Both the position numbers and the translations under genes were made by a program. A stretch of DNA of 53,527 bases, taken from the NCBI GenBank assembly GCA_002633005.1, contig NMRA01001114.1, positions 1 to 53,527 of the forward strand. The letters are read 5' to 3'. The notes under the pieces are model-generated. The model had not been told where the DNA came from and did no database searches. It saw nothing but the letters and a program-made list of their open reading frames with translations. Positions 26,301-39,172 of this stretch are shown here, piece by piece. Within the stretch, counting starts at the first letter, position 1, and each line of letters starts with the position of its first letter. The stretch is from Phoronis australis. Taxonomy: Eukaryota; Animalia; Phoronida.

Positions 26301-27179
26301 GCTGTATTTAGTACATTGTATGCAAAAATTATACAGTCATACCCATATATGCGCTGACACATCATGTTGTTGTACACATGAGCTCTTCACTTTCAGCGTC
26401 AGTTCTTAAAATGATGTACATTGAGAATTTTCCTGTTGTTAACAATCTGTAGACTTTTTATAGTCCTTATTTGTTTTAAATTAACTAAGTAATTTGACTA
26501 TTCAGAGTGATTTCAAAATTCGAAGAGTTTGACTGTTTCGAGGCAAGAATTTAACATTGTTACTAAGTTAATAACATTTTAAGCATTGAACGTTGGCAAA
26601 CACCATCTGGCTGGCTTAGATCAATTTCATTACTTGGGTCATGTGACCAATGTCTTTTTATGAAAATATAGCAAAACGGAAAGGTGCGTTCATTATTTAG
26701 CAAAACAGCCTTAATTTGACCAAATTCCCTTTGGTGTGGATGTTCAAAGTAGCCACAGTTTCTTAAATTATCATTTCTTTTTCATGTTAGTTATTTCTTA
26801 AAAAATCAATAGTCTCTCATGCAGAAGTGAAACATTTTAAAGAACTTCCTAACAGTCAGTGTTTTTGTACCCTGATGTTCTGAAGTTGTTCAAATCTTGG
26901 GCCTTATGTAACATTAAAAACAAGTTTGTGCTTATTCTTTTTAAGATGTACAGTTTATTTAAAGCACCCAAGTAATGCATCCTCTAAACCTGCATGCTCT
27001 GTCTATGAAAATACCTCATCGGCTGTTGAAGGTGAGGCATCAATACCTCTGGACACTCATGTAGAGGAGTCCGCACATGCCTTGTGTGTACTAGAAGGTA
27101 TAATATGCCTATCATCTTGCGATGGAGTGTTTGCGGTTGCCGATTGGGATTATTCGCAAAGTTTGTTAAAGGTACTTAG

Positions 27180-27658
27180 CAGGGCTTGGAATTTTCCGCG
27201 GAAACGTGGATTTCCGCTTTTTTGAAATGTGCTTTCCGCTTTTTTTATATTTCCGCGTAAAAAAATCAGATTTGATACGAAATTTCCGCGGCAAATTCCT
27301 TTCTTACCGCGGCGTTGCAGACGACGTTCACCTCGGAAAGCGGAAGTCTTTATGTTTCAGAGGAACATAAATTGTCAACATTGCCGGGGCATCTGGGTAA
27401 AGCGTGGTGTGATTTTCAATGGCGGCTCGTGTTATTGTTAAGCGCGGCGACAAATACTACCGCTCTGCAGCCAAATTTGTGTGGGTTGGGAGTGCACGGG
27501 CGAGCGAAAAGGACGCAGACGCATGCTACTGATGGTGGTAACGTTTTTTTTTTTTGTCGCGGAAAGGTTCACATTGAACATTTCAAAGGCTGGTTATCGG
27601 GCATGATTTGGGCCGTAAAAGTTTCCGCGTTTTTTGTCATTGGTCATTCCAAGCTCTG
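27180..27658. mobile_element. MITE with 13-bp TIRs (hAT/P-like termini)
   Basis: CAGGGCTTGGAAT ... ATTCCAAGCTCTG. The first ~150 bp are shared with 37653-37800. Flanked by a 178-bp direct duplication. Confidence 0.85.
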
Positions 27659-28614
27659 TCTATGAAAATACCTCATCGGCTGTTGAAGGTGAGGCATCAA
27701 TTCCTCTGGACACTCATGTAGAGGAGTCCGCACATGCCTTGTTTGTACTAGAAGGTATAATATGCCTATCATCTTGCGATGGAGTGTTTGCATTTGCCGA
27801 TTGGGATTATTCGCAAAGTTTGTTAAAGGTACTTAGTAACAAAGTGCTATTGTCGTGTACATTCTCATAAATCACCATCCACATAAAGCGCCCATGGAGG
27901 CTCTTTAAAGGTTTATCGTTAAAATATTTTAAGTTAGGAATACCCTTGACAAAGTGAAATATTTCTCTATCTTTCAACCACATTGCAAAACGATTGAGCT
28001 GTGTTTGAATGAAAAGTCACTTGCTTGATAGGACCATTCCCATAAGCCCCTTGGGGTATGTATACATGCCAAGATTCACATTGTCTCACACATTTGTTGA
28101 AATTCCAGAAAACGTCCGTTTGCATTGTCAGACGCCGTGGTCTTTGTAGCTGCTCCCCTCACCAAGCAGATTTCTTCATCAGAGTTGGCAGCTGTACAAC
28201 TCATGGTAATTATATTTTCGATATAATTTTCAATATAACTTCTTAACATCATTGTAGTTTTAATAATGTAATCAAAAGACAATTAGCAGCTAGAAGACAT
28301 CAGACTTAAAATGTGCTTTTGCAATAAATTTATAGCTTATTTTGACCGCCATTCCTTATTGGTATTGCAGCTGTTGCATTGTGCATTACATACTTTGTTA
28401 TGTGCCTTTGTGTTATTTCCCTGTAGATGGAGAGGAGCTTTTTATGGGTTGTCTGCATGTTGAGGCTGGAAAAAAATTGCTTCATATGTGTAGTGGTGGC
28501 AGTTATTTTGCTGACAAAACTTGTATCGGTAGGTAATTCTTATTTTTAGTATCTGTACATCCAATGTTAGTCAATGCTGTCCACAAGAAATTATACATTC
28601 TTAAAAGTTTTTAA

Positions 28615-29214
28615 GGGCTGTTCCAGCAAAATCCGCATAGGAGGGGGAACGGCTGGTTGTCTGTTGAAGAAAATTTGAATTAAGGGTTGTCCTTCTTCAA
28701 AGAAGTAAATTATTAAAAGTGGGTGATGTTTTTTTGTCCTGTAAATGTTGACAGGCGAGTATTTTCAGCCGAACATAAAACCTAAATGCCCTCTCAAAAG
28801 AAATCTAAACTCACCAAAAATTCACTCGGAAGACACCCAAAAATATCCAAAAACAACCAAACAAGCCCATGATGGTAGTGTACAGAGTAAAATATGTACA
28901 CTAGCTGTTGCTCAAGTCATGAAAAGGTATATGGCAAGAGCGTGCTGGCACTAGTCAATTTTTGAACTGATTCAACTACTGTGGCACCCCCCTGTTAGTT
29001 TTCAATAGCTCATTTGACTACCATGGCACCCCGTGTTGGACATTTTTGCTTTTGACAAGACAGGTTGATTATCTCAAAAACCCCATATTTCATACTTCAG
29101 CCTATTTAAAAATCATGGGTCAATGTTCGGAGAGCTAAAAGGAAAAATATAGGCGGTGGGTAAGAAATGAAAGTGCCATCTCCCCTCCCATACATTTCAG
29201 TACTCGAATGGCCC
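28615..29214. mobile_element. PIF/Harbinger-like MITE
   Basis: taa|GGGCTGTTC ... GAATGGCCC|taa, with a 3-bp TAA TSD. Confidence 0.65.
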
Positions 29215-29254
29215 TAAGCTATTGTTACTAATTTTTGACACAGTCTTCTTTTAA

Positions 29255-30251
29255 GGTAGGTGGATACACAAAAAAATTAATTTTGACTGTTTTTTACATT
29301 TTTATGTCATCTTAATCTTTAATTCTTGATGCACAGCATACTGAAGAAAAATAAAATCATTCTGAAAATCCAAAGTTGTTTTTTTAGCTATATTTGACCA
29401 AACCTCAGTAAGTGGTATGGCTAGAGTGCTCACCAGCTCAGTGATTGACAACTGGGGCGGAGCTTATATACAAGGACACTAGCTCTAATCTAGCCCTGTC
29501 AACAAGCATTGCGTAACCGGGCAATCGAGAGTGATGTACCAGCTGATATTGGTGTTGTAGCAAGACCGAGAATAAAACAATTCTATTTTTGACCATGTGA
29601 AAGTTGGTAGTGAAATGGTGAACTAGCTCCTGTTCCAAGCCTGAGCCTGTTTGTCTATCTGCAAAAAAATTAAGTTGAGTACGCCAAGCCCTACCGAAGC
29701 CATCACTGCACTTAGCTTGAGGAGTTCGTTGCATAAATTTGTGCATGTATAAGAAAAGTCGGTAATATAAGGTCAGGTGTCTTGCGAGAGGACGCTGAGT
29801 GTCGACGTGGGTGGTGTTGCACGATTCGGTGAGAGTGCTTGCACGCGCTGTGAAGACAAGCCGCGCGCGCGACACATGGACAACTACAAGCCGTCAGAGT
29901 AGAGTCTTCGCAGATAAACCGTGCTTCTGTGCTGGGAACGCGCCGTGGAGAAACTAGGCTGTCAAACCCAGAGGATTTTTAACTTGCCACTGGCCGTAAA
30001 CCAAAGAATTAGAGAAATGACCCAGTGTTCAACATAACAAAAANCTGTGCATTTTGAAACAAAATTCGAGGTAAAATTGGATTTTTTGAAATTTAAAAAA
30101 TACGATTTTTTAAAAAAATGAACTACAAAAGAAACTTTTTTTCGATTTTTTTCACTTTCAGAGTCATGTCTAACTACTGTCGGTAGTTAAAACTCCCTTT
30201 TTACTCATTTTAGTTAGGAACCTGGAGATTTGATCAGTGTATACACCTACC
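29255..30251. mobile_element. Non-autonomous Kolobok-like DNA transposon
   Basis: ttaa|GGTAGGTGGATACAC ... GTGTATACACCTACC|ttaa (15-bp TIR with one mismatch, TTAA TSD). N at 30044. Confidence 0.8.
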
Positions 30252-31148
30252 TTAAGCCTAATCTGCTACTTATCCGATTTTGGACTATCATGACAATGTT
30301 TGTATTCACTCAGTATCTCCATCATGTTTATGAAATTTCACATTTGATTGACCATGCATGTTTTGCTGAGCCTCCTGAGGTAATTTACATAGTGGTGTGC
30401 ACACATTTATACTTTGTTGTTATCGAATGACCACATGTTAGGAATATGGATAGATAGTCGAAGTGTTGAACTTACATAATTATGATAATTTTTTGAGATG
30501 TGAATTAGTTTGTATATTTTTTGTAGTTTTTTAAATGGACCTGTTTTTGATGTAATTGTTTAGTATTGCCTGTTACCCAATTTATACAAGTTTTGTATGA
30601 TGTCTTGAATGCACTCTGTTACAGCTCTGTGCCATGCTATTAGTCACTAATTGCTAGACAGTCTTTCCCTCTGACCGTTAACTTTTGTGTTGATTGTTGT
30701 GGTGGTCATTTGGAACACTTAAATTTCATCTTGGATCAAAGTTAAATTGCAAGTTTACTTTACTCTAGTGAAGCTTCGCACGTGACAACGGGATGTAAAC
30801 TTTTCACTTAAGTGTCATCAGTGTTGTCAGCAGATGCTGCTCTCGTTCATATATGTTGTGTGAAGAAGTTGTATATATCTGGATTAATACGTGCTTGATT
30901 TGTCATATTTAACTATTTTAACTATCATTACCAAATTTTGACAATTCCTTATGAGTTTTAACAACTGGTTTCTTTTTGAAACAATAAATTAAGGGGTATT
31001 TGAATTGTACCTCACATCAAAAGAATAACCAAGTACTCTAAAGTCATTTTGTTCACATGACTTGGTGAAAGAAGCAGTTGTGTTTCAAGTACGTAGGGTC
31101 CATGTTTGATTAAGATTCATTGGATTTGTTCTTTGTGTATACTTTCAG

Positions 31149-31542
31149 ATGTCCGTCATTCCGTTAGACTGGTTGATAACGGACTCATTTGCAGTTGTAT
31201 CTGGGGACAAATACTCTGTGATCAGAATGCAAGGAAATCGTGTCACGTGTCTCACGTGTGATGGTCATTGCTTTTGTTCAAAGGCAGTGAAAGCTGAAGT
31301 TGTACAAAGTAACGCGAGCACGTATAATGTCCAGGCATTTTCATTGAAAAAGATTCCCTTCAAAGAACCGCAAAATTCCAAGTTCAACATTCATCCTGGA
31401 ACTTTATTTACAAAAACAATTAGTGGCGTACTTCAGGTAAAGCCACTTTTGTGTAAAAAGTGCGAGTCTACGTTACATGAGTACCAGGCCATGGCTAACA
31501 AATCTGTGCTTCTTACGCGGTATTCCCAATTTCAGGCTCAGC
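31149..31542 (+). CDS. Exon of a cysteine-rich gene, possibly a KDZ-family (CxC4-like) transposase
   Basis: ctttcag|ATG...C|gtaagt, 394 nt open frame with CLTCDGHCFC and CKKC. Phase 1 matches the next exon. Confidence 0.55.
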
Positions 31543-31980
31543 GTAAGTGCTCCTCAAGAATTCTATATCTTGCAAAGTTCTTTTCATGGGATTTTTTCTC
31601 TCTTCAGTTGTCTGCAATATTGATTTACGAAATGGACTTAATAGTTGACCAACCATGAAAGTCCCGGACTTAATTAGAAAATTATCTTATAATAAATTTG
31701 AATACTCTTGATCAGACAATAGTTTCCTGATGAAGCGTGACATTAAGTTTGTTGTGGCCTACTTATCTTTTTAATACTTACTGGCATGTCCTATCATTGA
31801 AACCCTGATAAATGCATAGAGGAAGTTTTATACTGTCCTGTAGAAGTTACAAATAACATGTGTGATAACCTAATACTTTGTATCGTTGGTTGTTACAATT
31901 TTGAAGTAAATTTTGCAGGTTGATCATTACCCTCAGGTCATTTTAATAATTATTTGTGATTTGTTTTTTGCATACTTCAG

Positions 31981-32116
31981 GCTTTGTCGGAAAATGCCAT
32001 AACTGCGACCACATCAGTCATTATGATGGTTGTGATGGTTGCATCCTACACATGGGCAAGTTCCTGATTCATTATGAGGTGATGAGAGACTACTTGTATC
32101 AGTTTCTCTACTACAG
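31981..32116 (+). CDS. Following exon (RFVGKCHNCDHISHYDGCDGCILHMGKFLIHYEVMRDYLYQFLYY)
   Basis: cttcag|GC...AG|gtaagt, in frame with 31149-31542. The CxxC...YDG...L..E...Y...F pattern resembles cysteine clusters of KDZ/HMGXB3-type transposases. Confidence 0.55.
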
Positions 32117-33569
32117 GTAAGTAATTTGAATTAAATTTTTGTGTTGTAATAGTTTTGACATTCTTGAACATTAAACTAAAATGTTCATTAGATTTAGGAG
32201 TCAGAGAAAGGTTAATGATTTTCTGCTTTCTTGTGAAATGTTTGAAATTTCAATTTTCAGCTCATTAGAGTATGGTGATTTTCTTATGTCCTTGTTTACT
32301 GTGGTGCTCCCTAGTAGCAGATATGTTTTTTTGTCTGTGGTTAAGTTGTTTCTCTTTAGATTTTACAGCCTAAAGATTTGTTATGCCTCACAAGTTTGAC
32401 ATGGGTGGGATAAAAACTGTTTTTAGTTCAATGCTTCTTTAAGACAATCATTGAACAATAAGTTCAGTTCATTAATCGCAAAATGTAAATTACATATATT
32501 TTGTTTAAAAGTAGAGGAAACCAAGCTAAGCACAAAGTCGATCTTATGTAACATAAATCAACTGGCATGTGTGGTTCTAAATGATAGATGGCGCTGCTTT
32601 TGTTTATGTGGAGACTGAAGACGCATCTAGAATAAGAGCAGTAACACGAGGACCTTGCTATAATTCAAGACTTCGCAAGACATTGCCCTGCATTTTAAAT
32701 GAGAACACATGGTTTTTGGATAAATTTTAGAGAGGTTCTAGTGTTTCTGTCTGCCTTGTTCGTGCCACAGGCAAAGGAAGGCACCCAAGGTGAATATGGC
32801 CCCCTAGTGTTCACTGCAANGAAACACGACATAAAAACCTTCTATTTTGGAGAAAAGGCAGACAGCATTATTAATTACCATTCTCAAAAAATATGTAACG
32901 TAAATCAACTGGCATCTGTGGTTCTAAATGACAGATGGTGCTGCTTTTGTTTATGTGGAGACTGAAGACACATCTAGAATAAGAGCAGTAACACGAGGAC
33001 CTTGCTATAATTCAAGACTTCGCGAGACATTGCTCTGCATTTTAAATGAGAACACGTGGTTTTGGATAAATTTTAGAGAGGTTCTAGTGTTACTGAACTC
33101 ACCCCTGCCTTGTTTTCTGTCTGCCTTGTTCGTGCCACAGGCAAAGGAAGGTACCCAAGGTGAATATGGCCCCCTATTGTTCAGTGCAAAAAATCCTTCA
33201 ACTTGTCAATAGTCATTGTAACTTGGGTTCATATTGTAATGTCCCTGCTGGTTGCTACAAATTTTAGTCGCCACCAGTCGCCAGAAATCTGGTGTTCCCC
33301 CCACACACCGGGCATCCTAACGCTGAATATATCTGCCAGTGTGATCATCAGTGGTATAAAAAGATAAACATCCACAGTCAATAGAAAATAATTCACGAGA
33401 GACTCATTCATGACAGATATGAAGTAAACAGAAGTAACGGTCTCGACTTCATATATCACACATCTTTGACTGGTGTGCTACAAAACTAGGCTAAACGTTG
33501 AGCTCGTTTACCACTTCATTCAATAAATCTGACGACATAACAGCATCTTCAGCAGAAATAGCATCGTCA

Positions 33570-34741
33570 TAAACATTGCTGCAGACAACCTCGAAAAAAT
33601 CCACCAATCTGGGATTCACTTAATATCACAGATAAACACTTTCCCAGTGGGTTCTCATAATGTTTTCTCCATTTTGGCACTTCCAGGGTGAATGTTTTTA
33701 CCTGACTTATCTCCTTCATCGAATATGTTCATCAGAAAGTTCTTAACCTTTGCTGAAAATCTTGTTGACCTTTTACCTTTTTTCAATACCTAACCTATTG
33801 CTTCAGCATTCGTCTCATCCAAATAGAACTCTGTGAGGCTGCCTCAAATGGCACTCCGGTTCTTGCATCTGAAAGTATTTCTGACCACTGTCGTGCGATG
33901 TGGTCACTCGCGGTTTCCCCTCTGTAAATGTTCAGTGTGGTTACCCACATCCAAATGCTGACCTAGTTCTGCGTCTGTAGCAAAAAATTTCCAGTAACCT
34001 TGCTGGGTACAAGGGAGCTTTTGTTGAGGCTCTTCACTAGATACAATGCCAACCTTAACTTTTGGTGTTGAAAATCCGCCATGTCTAGAGATGTTAGTGT
34101 ATTTTAGAGAGATAGATTTCCCATTCTCTCAGTATTTGTAAGAACTTACTGTCACCTACATGGAATGATTTCCACATGCGAATTCCTTGGGTGGAATAGT
34201 GGGAATTTGGGAATGTGCTTATACCAGGAACTGAGTATTTTGGAAAAGACTTTGTTGCATTGACTGAACATGCATACGCATAACATCCCTTCACATGGCC
34301 ACTGGAAAGTAATGCTTCTTTCAAATCCAGAAAGTTTATGATATTGTTGCCTTCGGCTACAAAGTAGGCATGTTGTTTGAGTGGAGCGATCTTGCGATCA
34401 CAGAGATCCTTTCCATTCTGACTTTCACTAAAGTCATATCTCGAAACAGAAATGCCGGTAAAATTTGACAAGGCTGCTACGTTCAGGAGGAGAAGAGCAG
34501 AGGGGTAACATCAAGCATTACTTGACTCTTCCATGACTGGTCCGGCTGTCAGAAATTCACCGACTCTGGGTAGTACGAGTCCGTACTCTGGCACAGGCCT
34601 TGCTTTGTGAGGTAGTTTCCTGTATCTCAAATGTTCAGTGGTGTCTTTGACATAACTCACTAAAGCACGAAGCTTTTGTGATCGGATTTTTGCAGAATAA
34701 ACTCTAAAGGAACATGAAGGCCCATCGACATCGTCCGCCAT
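33570..34741 (-). pseudogene. Internally deleted DDE transposase relic, probably Sola3-like
   Basis: SNA*CY (decayed DNAGCY) followed by TGISVSRYDFSESQNGKDLCDRKIAPLK. C2H2-like relic C...L..HLDVGNH, then G*VLKK..RSTRFS.KVK.FL..IFDEG..SG and QIGGFF. An N-terminal ORF (34511..34741) is joined directly to this core. The superfamily call is from remembered motifs. Confidence 0.65.
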
Positions 34742-35599
34742 TTTGTCTTTTTAAAATGCACTTGCTTCTCTCAAAACCAGTCATTACAAATATCAATTCT
34801 TACTAGTTTAATCTTAAATGCATTTATTTCCATTTAAAATTTCTACAGAGTTTTTAAATTAACCTGATAATGTAAAAGAAATGAAAGAATACAAGAGGGT
34901 TGCACGTACATTTTTTATGTATCCTCAAGCTTAACCTCAACTGACTCCCTCAGCGGGCAAAGGTCATCGGGTTCAGTTTTGATACTAGCCGCGTAATAAA
35001 CCTTGTAAACATCTTGTTTCATTTGAAAGAGTTTAGACTTGGTTTCTATAACTATTTAAAGCAGACTTCTTGCCTAAAAGTTTGTTCAAATGGTCTGTAA
35101 ACTCTGCTCGTCATTTCCAAACTATGAAAAAAGACAGTTTTGCAAGACAATTTTCACTAAAGTGTAAAGTTGAGGCAAGATTTTTTATTGCTGCAGTCAT
35201 CAAGACTAACTCTTTAACTGTATGTTCAAAACGTCACATTAGGGCTACAAGGTGTTTTATGGCAGTAAGAAGGTCACAAAAATGGCCACTAAAATTAGCC
35301 CCAAAAAGTGGTCTGTGGATTATTTCCCTTGTCTAGCACGAAACTGTCAGATTTTAATAAATGGCACAGAATTATGCACAGTATACGAACTTGGTTATTT
35401 CAGCCACAAAAATATATAGTTTTTGATCTATTTTGTATGTTACTCATTTTTGTTGCTGAAAACTTGCGATTTTTGAAACGGCTAATATGCCCAATTGTGC
35501 CAGTTTGTGTTATCATGCTCCAGCGGCGAAGTTAGGGGTCATTGAGTGCACAAAATTTGGCATTTGGGTTTATGTTAGGATACCTCCCCATGTACAAAA

Positions 35600-36890
35600 A
35601 ATGAAGTTGTTTTAAATTTTGACGTATAGACTGATTTTTGAAAATCTACTGGTTTTTATATGGACTGTCTTAATTTTTTCCTTATATTTTCATTTCCATC
35701 GGTGGAGTTCCTTGATAGATTTATTTGACGTTTAGATGCAAATTGCTTTGAAATTGACTATGGACGCCTTCCCCCTTCCACTTTTCAGTTGGACTCAGGA
35801 AAAAACACCACCTAGTGGTCATTTCTATTCATTTTTTTAGTCTGCAGTGCCCATTACTCCTTGGCATGACCACTCTTAAGATTGCGTTTACCCCTAACTG
35901 TTCATGCTATATTCATCCTAAAATATCCAATTAACTCTCCAATGTTAATCAATGAAAGTATATATTTTCTGAAATTAAAAGCCAAAACCAATTCTTCATA
36001 TTTATGTGAGGACGCATTATGCTGTCATTCCCGTCCAGCCGTCTGTCTGGCATCCATTGCTCTATCTCCAAAACCCTTTGATGTATGTTCATGAAATTTG
36101 GCACTTATGTTCCTTTCGTGAATGGAATGGCCTGGGCGAAGTTTTGGACAGATCCGACTCTCGGTGTGCCCCCTTGTGGCAATTTCATTTTTTTTACGTT
36201 TACCTCATCTTCAAAGGTCCCCGTGAATTTTTGCCGTATGCTCATCTATGAGTGAGACGACGCTATCATCCTGTTTTCGGATGGATTTTATGTAGTTTGC
36301 GCCACCTAGTGGCTATTTTGACTGTTTTCGAGTCTATTTTTTGGTGTTCACCCCTCAATCAACCAAACCCTGATTTTGAAAATTGTTATGTAATACTATG
36401 TTCTCTGTGTAAAGAGGGCAGGGTTGAGTATAACGAATTCGACATTTGTGGCGCCTCCTAGTGGTAATTTTGTTTTGCATTGCGCCCATAGCTGCATCGC
36501 TGTAACACACTGTGGATCTTTATTAAATTTAGTAATTGTATTCATTTGAAGCTTACAATAGATTAGGTCTTTCAGGCCTGTTCACTGTTCCCCATAGTGG
36601 CATTTTCATTTTTTTCCGTTTTCTTCTGTTTCTCTGAAGTTCATTGACAGATTTTTATGAAATATGGTGAATAGGTTTCTATTCAAGAAGCAATGGCATT
36701 TTTCCTTTTTAAAGGGATTGGCTGTTTTTGTGCCATCTAGTGGCTGTTTTTATGAAACAAATGAACAACCCGTTTGTGATGCATTTGTTGTGGCATTTCA
36801 ACGCTCTGGGTTGCTCGTTTCTGCACTTCTTGATAATAATGCCATCTTTAAAGATGACTGCATGTAGTGTGTTTATGAAGTTATATCTTG
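35600..36890 (+). repeat. Second long copy of the CCACTAG-motif repeat family
   Basis: Direct similarity to 60-570 and inverted similarity to 1140-2070. Confidence 0.8.
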
Positions 36891-37652
36891 GCCTTCCTAG
36901 CAAAAAAGAAAAGCTTCAAAATTAAGCTTCTTTCATTCATATTTATAGTTTCAATTTGTTTCCCTTTCCATAGTAAATGCAACTGATTTATTAGGAATGA
37001 CCCTTAGAGAATGTAACTTTTCTTAGTATCTGAATGATATGAATATTTTGTTCAAAGGACCCACTTGGCAGTGTTTCCGTCTTTAGGGAAGTTGGAGACA
37101 GGGAGGTATTCAAGGCAGACAAGTCATTACAAGGAAACCTTTGTGAGAAAAAACCTGGGAGGCATCCCACGCTTTTGCCTGGGGTTTTTACTGTTTTCTG
37201 CTCACATGATATGGAACATATAATTTGTCAGTTAATTTGTTAGTCTGACAATTTGAACTTGAGATTGCATTTCGGAAAATGGTTTGATGTTGGTGAAATT
37301 GATTAAATCTGTACACTGAAGTGACAATTTCAATTGTGGTCATAAATCTCACTGGGTCGTGATCCATTGGGCATATAGGTACATTGTTTATCACATAATG
37401 GGTTATCATGTGGACCATTAGGAATTCTCCTGGAAAGTCTACTAAGGTTGGCATCATCAAACAATGGTGAATTTCCTCGTGGTAAAGTAGTAGCCATTGA
37501 GATTATGCTGCTTAATTGAGATTGTTTATACCACATTTTCTGTAACATTATCAAAAACAGATAGTAAAATATATTTTGGATGTCAAGAGAATTTACATAA
37601 AAGGAACGTTGGCTATCTCATGGGAGCAATGACCCTGGTGCCACCAAAACAT

Positions 37653-38444
37653 CAAGGCTTGGAATTTTCCACGGAAACGCGGATTTCCGCTTTTTTCAAA
37701 TGTTCTGTGTATTTTATTATATTTCCGTATCAAAAAAATCGGATTTGATATAAAATTTCCGCGGCAAATTCCTTTCTTACCGCGGCGTTGCCGACGACTT
37801 TCAGGTGGCACTGAATAGTTAGGCTGCAGCCGCGGCCAATTTGCAGTGCCAAAATATTGAAATTTTGGGGTAGGCCAAGTTTGGGGGCATTTTGTAGGTG
37901 GGCATTGCATGTAGGCTCAGTGAATGTGGTTTGTTTGTATTTGTGAACATGCTGTGAATAAAAAAAGGCCACTTTCTTGGCTGTAGCTGCACTCTTCTTC
38001 AAGATGGCGGCCCCCGGCTGCAATTGTGCATTGTTGGGTAGCGGCTGAGAAATTGGCTGTGATTTTAGGTAGCCCTCAAACAAGCAAGAATTGCCAAAAA
38101 ACTAGTTGGTTGACAGTACTTTTGGACCACATTTTCGGAATATTGGTAGGAAATTTGCTTTCAGACTCTAATGTTGGCTTTAGTCGTGCATCGGCAGGGA
38201 AGTGGTGTTTTTGCATTTTTTGCCATTATTTTTCTTAGTCTAGCTTGGTTTTCAGTGGGAATGAAATGGTCAAAAACACAAGAGAGAATAAAGTTTCTGT
38301 GCTCATCTGCAGGGCTTTTTATGTGAAATAATTGAAAACATGTCATTCTTTGCATCCTGTTTTTGACAGAGTGAAGAAAAGGTGACAAATCAAGTGATGT
38401 GTGTTTTGCTGGGCAAAACCCAGTGAGAACTGTTCTGTGCCTCC
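37653..38444 (+). mobile_element. Partial DNA-transposon copy related to the 27180 MITE; right-hand direct repeat of the exon-2 insertion
   Basis: Starts CAAGGCTTGGAAT. 37805-38444 is highly similar to 18946-19408 plus 21692-21884. Confidence 0.8.
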
Positions 38445-38454
38445 TTTATAACTC

Positions 38455-38518
38455 AGTGAACTGGAAAATTGTTTGAAAAACTCAACAGATGTCAGTCGAG
38501 TCACTTCCTGGTTGGATA

Positions 38519-38523
<5 letters not shown>
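38455..38523 (+). CDS. MAEA: MAEA-like exon 2, 3' part ([23 protein letters not shown]), truncated at a (TC)n tract
   Basis: Aligns by eye with human [23 protein letters not shown]. It is the expected continuation of 18861-18932. Confidence 0.72.

Positions 38524-38600
<77 letters not shown>
38522..38600 (+). repeat. (TC)n microsatellite, ~39 units
   Basis: Perfect dinucleotide run. Confidence 0.98.
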
Positions 38601-38602
<2 letters not shown>

Positions 38603-39049
38603 ATTAATCGTTGTCGGCCTCTTGCTCTTTTCCCTTCCATGTGACTGTATAGTATGTCTTTCTATATGTTGTCGTGTCTTGCCGTGTGCCCAAAAAAGTT
38701 CAATTTACGGTATTGGTTACGATCCACTGGTCTTGGCATTACAATGAAACATTACCTCTCACACTTGGCAACGTTAACTTGTGCATTTAATGGAGATAGG
38801 CATACTTTTGAATATTGATGGGAAAGTTGTGCCATTTATTATTGTTCTTGTCTGTAAGTACACCAGTCATGTCCTCACCGAAGATGGGCAATATTTTTAA
38901 TTAATACCTAAATGTAAACGACTTCCCAGCAAAATTGCACTAGCATCAAGTGGCAGTCTGGTTGGACTGTTATAACCAGAACATTTCTATGCTGCATCAT
39001 TCTTACATATAGTTGTAGTGTTCACTATGTCTCTGTTTTCCCATCTAAG

Positions 39050-39172
39050 GACCTCACCAACATAGATCTGTTACTGGTCTCCAAACAAGTGGAGGAGTCA
39101 CTAGCCAATGGTGAGACGGCCCCCTGCTTAGCCTGGTGTGCTGACAACAAATCAAAACTGAGGAGGCTCAAG
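39050..39172 (+). CDS. MAEA: MAEA-like exon, CTLH region ([41 protein letters not shown])
   Basis: ag|GAC...AAG|gtaggt, 123 nt, phase 0/0. Matches [41 protein letters not shown]. Confidence 0.93.

Noticed and set aside
32545-33189. ~280-bp tandem duplication
   Set aside because: It straddles the N at 32820, so it is likely allelic overlap at a contig join. The same applies to 14461-14620 around N 14542.
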